DNA of 64,000 bases from Octopus bimaculoides (lineage: Eukaryota): assembly GCF_001194135.2 (NCBI RefSeq), contig NC_069007.1, positions 11,493,691 to 11,557,690 on the forward strand, read 5' to 3'. Under the pieces are notes generated by a model. That model searched no databases, had not been told where the DNA came from, and saw only the letters and a list, made by a program, of their open reading frames with translations. Shown here in pieces: positions 35,263 to 49,655 of the stretch. Both the position numbers and the translations under genes were made by a program. Positions within the stretch are counted from its first letter, which is position 1; the number at the start of each line of letters is the position of its first letter.

Positions 35263-35643
35263 ACTCTTTTACTCTTTTACCTGTTTCAGTCATTTAACTG
35301 CGGCCATGCTGGAGCACCGCCTTTAGTCGAGCAAATCAACACTAGGACTTATTCTTTGTTAGCTTAGTACTTATTCTATCGGTCTCTTTGGCCGAACCGC
35401 TAAGTTACGGGGACGTAAACACACCAGCATCGGTTGTCAAGCGATGTTGGGGGGACAAACACACACATATACATATATATGATGGGCTTCTTTCAGTTTC
35501 CGTTTACCAAATCCACTCACAAGGCTTTGGTCAACCCGAGGCTATAGTAGAAGACACTTCCCAAAGGTGCCACCTAGTGAGACTGAACCTGGAACCATGT
35601 GGTTGGTAAGCAAGCTACTTACCACACAGCCACTCCTGCGCCT
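35263..35643 (-). mobile_element. SINE family B
   Basis: Full head-to-tail match to the family B pattern on -. Confidence 0.85.
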
Positions 35644-36974
35644 ATAATCATGAATCAAAACCACTTCTTTCCTTCCTCCCTGCAAGTCATAGATGCTTTG
35701 CAAAAGGGTCAGTCTTGGGTACCNNNNNNNNNNNNNNNNNNNNNNNNNNNNNNNNNNNNNNNNNNNNNNNNNNNNNNNNNNNNNNNNNNNNNNNNNNNNN
35801 NNNNNNNNNNNNNNNNNNNNNNNNNNNNNNNNNNNNNNNNNNNNNNNNNNNNNNNNNNNNNNNNNNNNNNNNNNNNNNNNNNNNNNNNNNNNNNNNNNNN
35901 NNNNNNNNNNNNNNNNNNNNNNNNNNNNNNNNNNNNNNNNNNNNNNNNNNNNNNNNNNNNNNNNNNNNNNNNNNNNNNNNNNNNNNNNNNNNNNNNNNNN
36001 NNNNNNNNNNNNNNNNNNNNNNNNNNNNNNNNNNNNNNNNNNNNNNNNNNNNNNNNNNNNNNNNNNNNNNNNNNNNNNNNNNNNNNNNNNNNNNNNNNNN
36101 NNNNNNNNNNNNNNNNNNNNNNNNNNNNNNNNNNNNNNNNNNNNNNNNNNNNNNNNNNNNNNNNNNNNNNNNNNNNNNNNNNNNNNNNNNNNNNNNNNNN
36201 NNNNNNNNNNNNNNNNNNNNNNNNNNNNNNNNNNNNNNNNNNNNNNNNNNNNNNNNNNNNNNNNNNNNNNNNNNNNNNNNNNNNNNNNATATATATACAT
36301 ACATATATATATATATATACATACACATACATATACACACACATACATACACGGACACACATATATATATATATATATACATACACACACACATATATGT
36401 ATATGCATATATTTGTGTGTGTGCGTGCATATCGTATACACAGACACATGTATAGATATATGCACAGCTCATACATTTTTCATACACAAACACACATACA
36501 CATGTACACAGGCTCATATGCACATCATACACACAGAAGTAGACATGATGCACATTCATATATACACACCTATATATATATATTTTTATGTATACACCTA
36601 TATAATTATATACAGGCTTATCAAGAATATTGCTCACACACTCACAAACATACATACTTATCCATATGCATACACATATATACAAACACATACATAGAAA
36701 TAAGCTTTCATATGTATATACACATACACATCTATTTATGTTGCACCAATATGGAGGTGTCAGTTACTTACTGTACTAGAAATAGCAGCCAGAATGTATT
36801 ACACTGTTACTGCATTGCCCATCAGTCCATCCATGCCCACCATGTCTGTTTCTATACTCCAAAATTTTTCTTTTTCTGAGCACAATTTCTGTGATGTTTT
36901 TTTTTTAAAGGAAGTTTACAAATATCTGGTTCAACAATCTTCTTTTAGAAGGGTTTAGGAACAGCTTGGATGGT

Positions 36975-37525
36975 CCTGTCAGTGAGTATAACCAGGTGGA
37001 TGTTGGCTGGTCAAGGGGTAGAGAGATATGGAGAGGAGGAGGGAGAGAGAGAGAGTGAGAGACAGAGAGACAGAAAGTTGTACACACAGAGAAAGAGAGA
37101 GGGAAAGAGACATAGAAATAGAGAGAGAGAGCAAAATAGAAATAGAGAGGCAGAGAGAGACACATAGAAGGAGAGAGCAGAAGAGGAAGAGAGAGAGACA
37201 GATAGACAGATGTATGTACAGAGAAAGGAAGAGTGGGGAAAAGAGAGACACAAGAGAGGGCAGAAGAGGGAAAGGAAGAGAGAGACAGACAGATGTATAC
37301 ACAAAAAGAAAGAGAGGGGAGACAGAGATAAAGAAAGGGAGAGACACATAGGAGAGAGTGGAAGTGGGAGGGAGAGAGAGACATATATACACACAAAGAA
37401 AAGGAGGGGAGAAGAGAAGGAGAGAGCAGAAGAGGGAGATGATTACACAGAGAAAGAAAGAGAGGGGAAGAGAGACATAGAAGGAGAGAGACACATAGGA
37501 GAGAGCAGAAGAGAGAGAGAGAGGT
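36975..37525. repeat. Degenerate (GA)n purine-rich simple repeat
   Basis: GAGAGA/GACA runs; source of the ER/SL-rich ORFs. Confidence 0.9.
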
Positions 37526-37585
37526 TGACCTCAGCAGGGTTTGAACTCAGAATGTAGTGTAAGGAACTAGAACAACAAATATTAG

Positions 37586-38487
37586 TTTCAAATTTTGGCA
37601 CAAGGCCAGCAATTTGTGGAAAGTGGATAAGTTGATTACACTGCCCCTAGTATATAACTGGTACTTATTTCATCAACCCACAAAAGAATGAAAGGAAAAC
37701 TTGACCTTAGCGGAATTTGAACTCAGAATGTAGAGATGGACAAAATGCTGCTAAGCATTTTGTCTGACATGCTACCAATTCTGCCAACTCACCACCTTAA
37801 TGATTCATGAGCAGAAGTAGTGGGGGAGCATCACAACCATGTGTTGAGCGGAATTCTGTGGAGTTTGGATAATTCACCTTTGGAAACATGGGTGTTTTGT
37901 TCATCATCCTAAAACAAATCTTATTTAGAGACCTTTTGAGCAGGATGAGCTACTTGACCTGAAGAAAATTCTAACTGGGCCCCACCTGCAAGGTTATGCG
38001 CTGTTTATGTTGAGATGAGATCACCATGTCGCGCACATATGGTTGTGATGTATGTGCCTAGTGTACCCTTATCAGACGGGTAGTCATGATGGGTATACTG
38101 GGCTTCGTATATTTTACCCCAATGTCACTTTGATGGCATGCACTGTTCTCTCACTCAATAATAATAATAATAATAATGATAATAATAATCCTTTCTAGTA
38201 AATACTAAGCATTTCGTCCAGTGTGCTAATGATTCTGCCAGCTCGCCACCTTGACAATAACAATAATAATAATCCTTTCTACTATAGGCAAAAGGCCTGA
38301 ATTTTTTGGGGAGGGGGCTAGTCGATTACATTGAGACCAGTGTATAACTGGTGCTTATTTCATCAACCCCAAGAGAATGAAAGATAAAGTTGACCTCAGC
38401 AGAATTTGAACTCAGAACATAAAGATGGATGAAATGTTACTAAGAATTTTGCCTGTCGTGCTAACGATTTTGCTAGCTTGCTGCCCA
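37586..38487 (-). mobile_element. Cluster of family A SINEs (37586-37798, 38200-38255, 38272-38487) around an unrelated repeat
   Basis: Family A central domain and head motifs. Confidence 0.8.
37805..38158 (+). mobile_element. Probable 3' end of a non-LTR element abutting (AAT)n
   Basis: Reading GNMGVLFIILKQILFRDLLSRMSYLT* followed by a GC-richer UTR-like stretch and (AAT)n; orientation and clade uncertain. Confidence 0.35.
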
Positions 38488-38931
38488 AGCTGGAGCAGAT
38501 ATTTCAAGGCTTCAGTAATTGTACTATGCTCTAATGCCAAGTAGTGGTACAGAAAGGGGTGGTGGTTATGGCTGGAAGGTCTACTCAATTAGGAAGACTT
38601 GAAACTAAATAGGAATGAGGGAGAGCTTCTATAAGTCGCCTGATCTGCTAGAAATGGCAACCAGATCCTCCTGGTTAACTTAAAATGAATGTGTGGATAC
38701 TGGAATATTTAATTCATAATAGCTGGAGATTTTGAATGGATAGTCTTTGTTGACATAGATTTTATAGTTCTATTTGATCAGGCTTACCTAGGGTTAAATA
38801 GCAACGCTGGCGAAGTTCCCCTTTACCCAAACTCAGGAGTCAAAGTTGGACCGGATTTAGACCATCTATATGTGTGTCTGCCTGCCTGTCTATTTATCTA
38901 TCTATCTGACTGTCTGTCTGTCTATCTACTT

Positions 38932-38997
<66 letters not shown>

Positions 38998-39293
38998 ATT
39001 TCTATCTATCACTCTGTTTGTCTGTCTACATATCTATCCAATATGTGTGTGTAGGTGTGTATAATGTATGTTCATTTTCATTTGTGAATCTTTATCAGAA
39101 ATGTGTCTACTAGGGCAATGTTAGTGTAATCTATCTTACAACTTGCACCAACATCACACACACATACGCTACACACCAAACCACACATGCACACACACAT
39201 TTCTATATATATATATATATATATCTTTTTTCATCTCCTTTTCATTCATTTACAAAAGATACAGTCTACTTCACCATTTCTTTTGACTAAACC

Positions 39294-39333
<40 letters not shown>

Positions 39334-39954
39334 CCATATTTATTTATATATACTGATGCATATGTATGAATAGCATTGATGTTTAACTGAACTAAAGCTA
39401 AGAGTTTGCTAATGCTTGTTGATAAAAAGGAAAGAAAAAATTGAATCGTAAAGCTACACATTGTGGCTCAAGTGCTGATATCAAACATACATTGTTATAT
39501 GATTCTGGACGTTTTTTATTATCGTAGAATAGCTCCAGAGACGTATAAACAAAGTAGAGCAGACACAACTGTATTATATTTGAATTAAGTTTCAGTAACG
39601 ACCAGAAAGAACCGATAATGGAAATAAGGGAAACTTTAGAATTGTGTGGGTGTTGCAGTGAGGTAGAGGGTTTTTTCTGAAGCATGTTTGTTTGTGTGTG
39701 TGTATGATGTATGTGCGTATATTGAATACAAATGCAGAAAAATATTGAAATAAATAAACCCATGAAGATGCTAGTATTTACCAATTATGTTTCCAGTCTT
39801 TAAGTCATTTCTCAGTTTGAATTACAAACCAATAAATCAATGCCAATATGGTTGGGTCTTGCATGTAGAGCAATATATTAAAACTCAATAATTGAGTAAG
39901 ATTCTGTCATATAAATCCATACATTCATACGTATGTATATATGTATGTGTACAC

Positions 39955-40000
<46 letters not shown>

Positions 40001-40021
40001 TATGTATGTGTGTGTGTGTGT

Positions 40022-40400
40022 TGGCTGAGTGGTAAGAAGCTTGCTTCCCAACCACATGGTTCTGGGTTCAGTCTCATTGCATGACACCTTGGGCAAAGTG
40101 TGTTCTACTATACCCTTGGGCTGACCAAAGCCCTGTGAGTGGATTTGGTAGATGGAAACTGAAAGAAGCATGTCATATATATATATATATTTGTGTGTCT
40201 GTATTTGTCCCCCTGCCATTGCTTCTCAACTGATGTTGGTGTGTTTATGTCCCTCTAATCTAGCAGTTCAGCAAAACTGACTGATAGAATAAGTACCAGT
40301 CTTACAAAGAATAAGTCCAGGTGTCGATTTCTTTGACTGAAAGGCAGTGCTCCAGCATGGCCACAGTCAAAATGACTTAAACAACAAAGAGAATAAAAGA
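40022..40400 (+). mobile_element. SINE family B
   Basis: Head, CORE-like segment, internal microsatellite and tail all present. Confidence 0.8.
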
Positions 40401-41594
40401 ACATATATNNNNNNNNNNNNNNNNNNNNNNNNNNNNNNNNNNNNNNNNNNNNNNNNNNNNNNNNNNNNNNNNNNNNNNNNNNNNNNNNNNNNNNNNNNNN
40501 NNNNNNNNNNNNNNNNNNNNNNNNNNNNNNNNNNNNNNNNNNNNNNNNNNNNNNNNNNNNNNNNNNNNNNNNNNNNNNNNNNNNNNNNNNNNNNNNNNNN
40601 NNNNNNNNNNNNNNNNNNNNNNNNNNNNNNNNNNNNNNNNNNNNNNNNNNNNNNNNNNNNNNNNNNNNNNNNNNNNNNNNNNNNNNNNNNNNNNNNNNNN
40701 NNNNNNNNNNNNNNNNNNNNNNNNNNNNNNNNNNNNNNNNNNNNNNNNNNNNNNNNNNNNNNNNNNNNNNNNNNNNNNNNNNNNNNNNNNNNNNNNNNNN
40801 NNNNNNNNNNNNNNNNNNNNNNNNNNNNNNNNNNNNNNNNNNNNNNNNNNNNNNNNNNNNNNNNNNNNNNNNNNNNNNNNNNNNNNNNNNNNNNNNNNNN
40901 NNNNNNNNNNNNNNNNNNNNNNNNNNNNNNNNNNNNNNNNNNNNNNNNNNNNNNNNNNNNNNNNNNNNNNNNNNNNNNNNNNNNNNNNNNNNNNNNNNNN
41001 NNNNNNNNNNNNNNNNNNNNNNNNNNNNNNNNNNNNNNNNNNNNNNNNNNNNNNNNNNNNNNNNNNNNNNNNNNNNNNNNNNNNNNNNNNNNNNNNNNNN
41101 NNNNNNNNNNNNNNNNNNNNNNNNNNNNNNNNNNNNNNNNNNNNNNNNNNNNNNNNNNNNNNNNNNNNNNNNNNNNNNNNNNNNNNNNNNNNNNNNNNNN
41201 NNNNNNNNNNNNNNNNNNNNNNNNNNNNNNNNNNNNNNNNNNNNNNNNNNNNNNNNNNNNNNNNNNNNNNNNNNNNNNNNNNNNNNNNNNNNNNNNNNNN
41301 NNNNNNNNNNNNNNNNNNNNNNNNNNNNGTTGTTGATGCCGCCACCGACAGTTTCTTTTGGAATAAAAGGGCAAGAGAGAGAGAGAGAGTTTACTAAGCG
41401 ATAGAAGAGAATGTGAAGCTTTCTTTTAAGGGGAGAGAACCACTTCAGGGTTTATCATTTTCTTTTTATCATTATTAAGAGAGGTCTTTTTCTTGAGTGA
41501 GAGAGCAGATGAAGCAATATTTCCATATAATCCACTTTTTTCTTCTTTTTAAGTGTCCTAGTAGTTGTAGACAGCACCACTCTTCTTGTGGTCT

Positions 41595-41630
<36 letters not shown>

Positions 41631-43526
41631 AAAAGAAAATGGAGGGGATACAAAAATGACATGCATCAGCTGGTAGACATTTTATATTCTATTATGTCTA
41701 TTTATTCCAAAACAAAAGCGAGTATTATCAGAATAGATACACATGCAAAGACTGTGTGCTACACAAATATATAGTAGTAATACATAAATGAGTAAAAGAT
41801 TAAAAGATCAGTTCCTTACTGAGGCCATTTCTACCTAGAGGCCACGATATCCCCAATGCTAGCTCTACCTCTTTAGTGTTCTGTAGGGATGGGTAGATAG
41901 AGTTTGGATGTTGATTGTGCCTCCAGGTTTCATCAGAGAGTCTAAATGTTTAGGAGAGCCGATACATACAAGAGTCAGTTACTAATAGGTACAGTATATT
42001 TTTCTTATTGAAGAGGGCTTAAGAATAGGAGCAAGACTTCAAGTGTGAGAGGAGTAAAATTTAGTAAAATGGATTAGGTATAGGAAAGGGAAATAAGTCA
42101 TAGACTTCAAGTGTTACCTTCCGAGATTCATGTTATTTTGTCCAGTGGTGGATAGGTAGGTATATTCGTTCTAAGGATGAGTTTTTAGGAAGGGTTAATT
42201 TGGGCAGTGGTTCTTATTTTGCTTACATAGAAATACACGTTATGTTTGTGTTTATAGTGGTGGGTTTGAAAGTATGGTTAGAAAGTATGGTCCGTGTTTC
42301 AGAGGTGGAAGTTGATATATAGGATGTCAGTTGGTACTAAAGAGAGTATGGCACCAGGTGGTGACCAAAGTATGGTGTTCGTGTTCGTTGTTTTTCTTTT
42401 CTTTTGTCCAGAGGGTTGCAAACCTGGAAAAGTGGATATCAAATGATGATGTTGATGTTTATTTTATTCTTACATACATTAGAGCAAAACCACATATTTG
42501 TAGTTTGGGGAGGACTTAATCAATTCTGTGCTTAACTGGCTCTTGGTTTATCTTTGTGTGGACCCTGGAGTGTGGTCAGGTAATGATGACCTTGGCATGG
42601 TTTGAACTCATTAATATATTTGGATTTCTACGATTCCTGTTACACTTTCTTTGTAAATTTATCATAATGCTATCACTGTTTAAAACCAAAATCTATACCC
42701 CCAAACAGATTACACATTTATAGATAGCCAGCCTGGACCACTGAGAAATGTTTTCATGTAGTATGTAGAGCTATATTAGTGCTTGTTAGAGATTATGAAC
42801 TCCAGAACTTACAATTGGCCTGACCAGCCATCTGCTGTGTTATAACAATCTATCTCATTATATGATATGTTCAGTTATCAAAAGCATGTTGTTCCAACAC
42901 TCGTTAGAGAAAATAGCTTCTTACTCTATTTTGGTATTCAAAAAAAGAATTAATTGATCAAGAGAAACCACAACAAAATACTAATGTTGTATACTGTAAA
43001 ATAAATCTTAGAAAAATAACAAAATATTAACATAAACATGAACATGTCTTCGTACAAAACATATCATATTTTAAAAGAACATTTTTAGTAAACATCTTGT
43101 TACAAAATATATTTTGTACTGTGTTACAAGGCATACTTTAAAATAATTATTCACTGATTGTATACAGTGTTCAGGTGCACTACAAGACATTAGAAAAAGT
43201 AACAAAAGTGCATGAACAGTATATAGAATAATGCACTGGAAGTGAACAGTGGAGGAGTCATTCAAGAAAAGGAAGAAAAACAGGTGAGGGTACTAGGTGT
43301 ACTGTTGGCAAGTTTCAGGAAGGATGTAGTGTCCCCTGACAGCCTACAACTGATGCAGGTAGTTTATTCTGTGTCAGCAATTCAGGGATCTTGATTCACA
43401 CAAATCGAATCAAAAGACATCCCCTTAAAATATACCTTGTTACAGAGAAAATCTTGTTATAGACCATATCTATGTAATTTACTACAAAATATATTTTGCC
43501 ACAAAAACGTCTTCTTGAAAAGAAAC

Positions 43527-43941
43527 TCTCTCTTTTACTCTTTACTCTTTACTCTTCTACTTGTTTCAGTCATTTGACTGTGGCAATGCTGGAGCACCGT
43601 CTTTAGTCGGGCAAATCGACCCCAGGACTTATTCTTTGGATGCCTAGTACTTATTCTATCTGTCTCTTTTGCCGAACCACTAAGTTACGGGGACGTAAAC
43701 ACACCACCATCGGTTGTCAAACGATGTTGGGGGGACAAACATATACAAACACATACATATATATATATATACATATATACGACGGGCTTCTTTCAGTTTC
43801 CGTCTACCAAATCCACTCACAAGGCTTTGGTCAGCCCGAAGCTATAGTAGAAGACACTTGCCCAAGGTGCCATGCAGTGGGATTGAACCTGGAACCATGT
43901 GACTGGTAAGCAAGCTACTTACCACACAGCCACTCCTGCGT
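43527..43941 (-). mobile_element. SINE family B, well preserved
   Basis: (CTCTTTTA)n tail at left; head ...CACACAGCCACTCCTGCG at right. Confidence 0.9.
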
Positions 43942-44369
43942 CTAACTTTTAGAACACAAACTTTTAGAACAAAATGTGAAGACGAAATGACCAGGGACCA
44001 GGAGATGTGATTTGCTGTACTTGATAAGACATGTCAAGCTAAATAAAAGCACTGTCTTCCACACGTACAGGCTTCTCCTTTCAGGTGCCAGTGCCACTTA
44101 AAAACCACCTGTGCCAGTGCTGCATTAATGCACCTGTGCTGATGTTACATAGATGCATTCATGCTGGTGTCGCTTTAAAAGGCAACATTAGGAAAGGCAT
44201 CCAGTCATAGAAACCATTCCACAACAGACAGTTGGAGTCTGGCCAGCAGATGTTGTTACACATTGCTGGCCACAGTGCACTTTTGCGTTGTTTTAGCCTT
44301 CAAAAGACATTGTCCCATTGGCTAGGCAAGCAGGCCAACATTCTCCCACTGATCAAAAGGAGGAGTAGA

Positions 44370-44488
44370 GCAACGTGAAGTGAAGTGTCTTGCCCAAGAA
44401 CACAACGCACTGCCCAATCATGGAATCGAACCCATGATCTAGCAATCATGAGTGTAAACAGCCTAACCACTAGGCCACACACCTTCAT
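44370..44488 (-). mobile_element. SINE family C head fragment
   Basis: Reverse complement has TGGCCTAGTGGTTAGG, GGTTCGATTCC and TTGTGTTCTTGGGCAAGACACTT. Confidence 0.7.
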
Positions 44489-45503
44489 CTATATGTATGT
44501 GTGTGTGTGTATACATATATATACACACACACAGTACAGAACTAAAGTAATACAAAGCAAAATAACAATAAACAAGAATATATATTCGATATCAATAGAA
44601 TCTTTATTGCCTGAAATTTTCAAATTTCATTCTGGTTGTGACATTATTAACCCTTATAAAGATGGCTCGATCTGTTAGCCTGCCATAATTCTACTGGAAA
44701 CAAGATCAGGCTGATATCTTCAAGAATATCTATAATTTTCTTTGTCGACCAAGATTCAGATATTTTATTTCCAGAGTTTTAAATAATACCCCTCTTTCAT
44801 TCATTTTGAATTGTGTCGTAAAAATGATTTCACCTGTTTTAGTATCTAGAAGCCTCAACGAGTTTCATGTCCACAGGGTTAAATTATATTTCGTTCCTAT
44901 AAGGAATAAAACTGGAATGGAATGGAATTGTGGATATACTTCAATATCTTTCTTCATTACCATTGCTTCCTTCACCACTCTCATTGTTATTATTATCATC
45001 ATCATCATCATATTCACTATCGCTGCCACCACGACCACCACCATCATTACCACTGCCATAATCATCATTCACTGCCATCACCATCACCACTAACACCACC
45101 ATCATCATCTTCACTGCAATACTTATCATTACCGCCACCACCACCATCATCACCACCACCACTATCTCCATCAACATGCTGTTCTCTGTCCTAGCTGTCC
45201 ATGGGTCGCCTGTGTCATCTCTAGTACAGTGTCTTGCTATTTATTGTAATCATGTCTCATCTCCTTTGTAAACTTCAACTTCCTGAGATCAAATTTCACT
45301 GCTTCTTCTCATATATACTTCTTTGGTGTTTCTCTTCCTCTCATGTTGGTCACTTCTTGTTGCTTCCTCACCCAAATCTCATCCTCCATGTACACCTCAC
45401 ATGTTTCCTCCTGCACAGTCTTTTCCCCTGCATGCTTCTTCTTACTTGTGATTTATACCTAATCTTTCTCTCAGTTTATTTGTCCTCTGTTGTCCATGTA
45501 CAC

Positions 45504-45518
45504 CAGTGGTTCTCAACC
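45504..45518 (+). mobile_element. Possible hAT (Charlie-like) terminal sequence
   Basis: CAGTGGTTCTCAACC; partner end not found. Confidence 0.3.
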
Positions 45519-45639
45519 AGTGTCCAGATGATCCTTTGGAGTCTCAATGGCCCTTGGGGGTCCACATTGCCCTTCTTCGTCTCTATTGCCTTTCCGGGTG
45601 ATCTGCATGGTCCTTGGTGGTCCATATTGTCCTTGGGGT

Positions 45640-45695
<56 letters not shown>

Positions 45696-46680
45696 TTATA
45701 ACATGGGATTGGCTATAAGCCTCTCCACACGTTGGGAAAATAGATGTCAAAAGACGCTGTTACCACCTTAAAATCTCCAAGAATAACACACTGGCTTGTA
45801 GGCGAGCAAAACAAAGATAATGAATTAAACTTTTGGTTAACCGTGTACAAGATCCTGTTTCAAGCTTAAAGTAAAAAGAACTATTGCTCACTGCTCTCAT
45901 CAGCAATGATATTCCATAGTATAAATTTATGAGTATCCACACATACGCATACGAGCAGCATCATCGCACAGCCAATAAATGTACACACTCGTAGAAATAC
46001 ACAGTAAAGTAGAATTCACAGGACTCTTTTACAACCATGTGTAGTATGCAGTAGTTTTTATTTCCGCGCTGCCCCCCTGGTAAAATCATTAATGATTTTT
46101 ACCCTTCATTATCATATATATATGTGTGTGTGTGTATATGTTTATATGTCTGTGTTTGACAACTGATGGTGTGTTTACGTTCCCGTAACTTTGCAGTTTG
46201 GCAAAAGAGACTGATAGAATAAGTACTAGGCTTACAAAGAATAAGTCCTAGCGAAGGTTCATTTGACTAAAGGTGGTGCTCCAGCATGGCCACAGTCAAA
46301 TGACTGAAACAAGCAAAAGAGTAAAAGAATACATACATATACATGTATACACAAGAGCAGTATAAAATATACAGCCATATGATATAGGGTTATAGAAAAT
46401 TATGCTATATAAATTAGTACGATATAAGATGGTGTATATATTTATGTGCAACAGTGTTTTGTATATAACAGTGTGTATATATTTGTAAATGTTCTACTTG
46501 AATTGAATTCATTTTTCCATCGAACTTATCTCAGTTTTTTTCTGATTTACTTTAATTCCCTTCTTTTGACAAAGAATATGACAATGAAAGGTCACACACA
46601 CATGCATATACATATATGCACATAGTGTCTACATACATACATAAATATACAAGTATGTACTCATATATACATTTATTTAT

Positions 46681-46728
<48 letters not shown>

Positions 46729-47196
46729 TCTTTACTCTATTTGTATAGAAATGTTTTCCATAGAATTTTCAACAAGATTTAATGTGGTAATTCTCAGTAA
46801 TTCCAACACAAAAATAATTTTCTTTCTTTCCTTCTTTTCCTTGTATTTTTTTTTTTAAGTTTCATTTATTTACATATTTATTAATTCATTTCTCAACTTT
46901 ATTTATTTACCTTTTTTTAATTTTTTTTTATTTTTTATTTACGTTTCTTTTCAATGGAGCAAATAAAGTATTTCTTTACAACTCTTTCACTGAATGTGAT
47001 TAACTCTTTCTCTTTTGTTTGCAAACTTCTTCTGTGACCGATTTATTTTACAAGTGACTCAGTCAAAGATTAAGTTTATTCTGCTAATACAAATGTAGCA
47101 CCTATTTGGCTTAGGCAGCGAGAAAGAGTATGTATATATACACATATGTATGTATACATACATGCATCCATCAATACTTACATACATACATTTCTC

Positions 47197-47575
47197 TTGG
47201 CACTCCATCGCTTACGACGTTGAGGGTTCCAGTTGATCCGATCAACGGAACAGCCTGCTCGTGAAATTAACGTGCAAGTGGCTGAGCACTCCACAGACAC
47301 GTGTACCCTTAACGTAGTTCTCGGGGATATTCAGCGTGACTGAGTGTGACAAAGCTGACCCTTTGAATTACAGGCACAACAGAAACAGGAAGTAAGAGTG
47401 AGAGAAAGTTGTGGTGGAAAAGTACAACAGGGTTCGCCACCATCCCCCTGCCAGAGCCGCGTGGAGCTTTAGGTGTTTTTGCTCAATAAACACTCACTAC
47501 GCCCGGTCTGGAAATCGAAACCGCGATCCTATGACCTCAAGTCCGCTGCCCTAACCATTGGGCCATTGCGCCTCC
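47197..47575 (-). mobile_element. SINE family D, young copy
   Basis: Many CpGs retained; homologous to 33327-33706. Confidence 0.9.
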
Positions 47576-47590
47576 ACATACATGCATATG

Positions 47591-47811
47591 TATGATGGGG
47601 TACTGAAAGGTTCCTGGCTGTAAGGGTATCATGAAAGGCCTGGATGGAGGCCTAACCTTCTAAGTTCTTTTACAGGGTTTCAAAAAACTGAAGGACTGCT
47701 GTAATAAGTGTGTGTATCTGAGAAGGGGATATGTTGAATAAAATCATAATTAATTGGTCCCCCTGTATTTTCTTTTACCCAAAGCCAGGAACTTTTCTGC
47801 ACTCCCTCATA
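47591..47811 (+). mobile_element. mariner-derived MITE (~220 bp)
   Basis: ~29-bp imperfect TIRs (tatgatggggtactgaaaggttcctggct / agccaggaacttttctgcactccctcata), TA ends, internal QGFKKLKDCCNKCVYLRRGYVE* resembling the mariner transposase C-terminus. Confidence 0.75.
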
Positions 47812-48600
47812 CATACATAAGTACATACATGCAACGCTAAATTTGCCATTGTGCTTAGGTGTTCTTAAGCACAGGGCCCTGTTGACTAGGGGGTAGGGGG
47901 CATCTTCCTGTCCCCCAAAATCTTTTACAATGAATTGCTTGAGCATGTATGCTTGGCTGTCCAAGTAAGGGACCTCATAACTTAACTAGCACAGAGCCTC
48001 ATTTGTCCTAAATCTGGCACTGCATGCATGCATACATGCATGCATACATACATACAAACATGCATACATACATACATACATATATTACTGGGGCCCTGGG
48101 TTATGTAACACACTACCTAATGCCAATTAGGCTTCTCAAAACCAGAAAGGATAAAGTTATTTCGAAGACTACAGATCCAATCCATCACTGGAACTGTAAA
48201 AATCTGTGAAACTTTTCAGAAGTTTATCATTTAAATATATATGAGCATGTCTAGATACGCAACTATATGCATGAGAATACATACAGAAAGCAAAACATAT
48301 AAATCAGAACATATACATATGTACATACATACACACAAACAAAAATACCCTGTTGTTGATGTTGAAATTCCATTGAAGGAGCCTAGGATCTACGTTAGAA
48401 ATTAGTTCTTTCTCTATTGGCAAGAAATCTTGAAATAAAACTGAACAATAACATACATAGAGACACGCACATGCATGCACACTCACTGTTTATATAAATG
48501 GGGCCAGAGAAAAGGGCCTTTGGACCAGCTAAAAACAAGAATCACACTCTATTGTATCAAGCACTCCTTCTCCAGATCATTAGCCAACAATGTATGTATG

Positions 48601-48836
48601 GTCGTCGTCGTCGTTTAACATCCGCTTTCCATGCTAGCATGGGTTGGACGATTTGACTGAGGACTGGTGAAACCAGATGGCTACACCAGGCTCCAATCTG
48701 ATTTGGCAGAGTTTCTACAGCTGGATGCCCTTCCTAACGCCAACAACTCAGAGAGTGTAGTGGGTGCTTTTATGTGTCACCTGCACGAAAGCCAGTCAGG
48801 CGGTACTGGCAACGGCCACGCTCATCTCGCTCACAA
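48601..48836 (-). mobile_element. RTE-tail element (family E), young, truncated by a gap
   Basis: On -: GGCGTTAGGAAGGGCATCCAGCTGTAG...CATGGAAAGCGGATGTTAAA(CGA)n. Confidence 0.8.
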
Positions 48837-49457
48837 NNNNNNNNNNNNNNNNNNNNNNNNNNNNNNNNNNNNNNNNNNNNNNNNNNNNNNNNNNNNNNNN
48901 NNNNNNNNNNNNNNNNNNNNNNNNNNNNNNNNNNNNNNNNNNNNNNNNNNNNNNNNNNNNNNNNNNNNNNNNNNNNNNNNNNNNNNNNNNNNNNNNNNNN
49001 NNNNNNNNNNNNNNNNNNNNNNNNNNNNNNNNNNNNNNNNNNNNNNNNNNNNNNNNNNNNNNNNNNNNNNNNNNNNNNNNNNNNNNNNNNNNNNNNNNNN
49101 NNNNNNNNNNNNNNNNNNNNNNNNNNNNNNNNNNNNNNNNNNNNNNNNNNNNNNNNNNNNNNNNNNNNNNNNNNNNNNNNNNNNNNNNNNNNNNNNNNNN
49201 NNNNNNNNNNNNNNNNNNNNNNNNNNNNNNNNNNNNNNNNNNNNNNNNNNNNNNNNNNNNNNNNNNNNNNNNNNNNNNNNNNNNNNNNNNNNNNNNNNNN
49301 NNNNNNNNNNNNNNNNNNNNNNNNNNNNNNNNNNNNNNNNNNNNNNNNNNNNNNNNNNNNNNNNNNNNNNNNNNNNNNNNNNNNNNNNNNNNNNNNNNNN
49401 NNNNNNNNNNNNNNNNNNNNNNNNNNNNNNNNNNNNNNNNNNNNNNNNNNNNNNNNN

Positions 49458-49505
<48 letters not shown>

Positions 49506-49655
49506 AAGCTGCTTTCTGAGTCGTATACACTAATCTGGTCCATCACAGGAAATATTCATTTCCATCAGCTTAGTTACTGAAATAATGTGAAATGAAGTGT
49601 GTTGCTCAAGAACACAATGCACTGCATAATCCAAGAATTGAAACCACAATCCCAT

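Noticed and set aside
37980-38158. HDV-like ribozyme at a LINE end
   Set aside because: Local hairpins exist but I could not build the P1/P2/P3/P1.1 nested pseudoknot.
48654-48682. CTGAGGA...GAAAC hammerhead-like words
   Set aside because: Only 5 nt between the cores, too short for stem II; part of the RTE tail.
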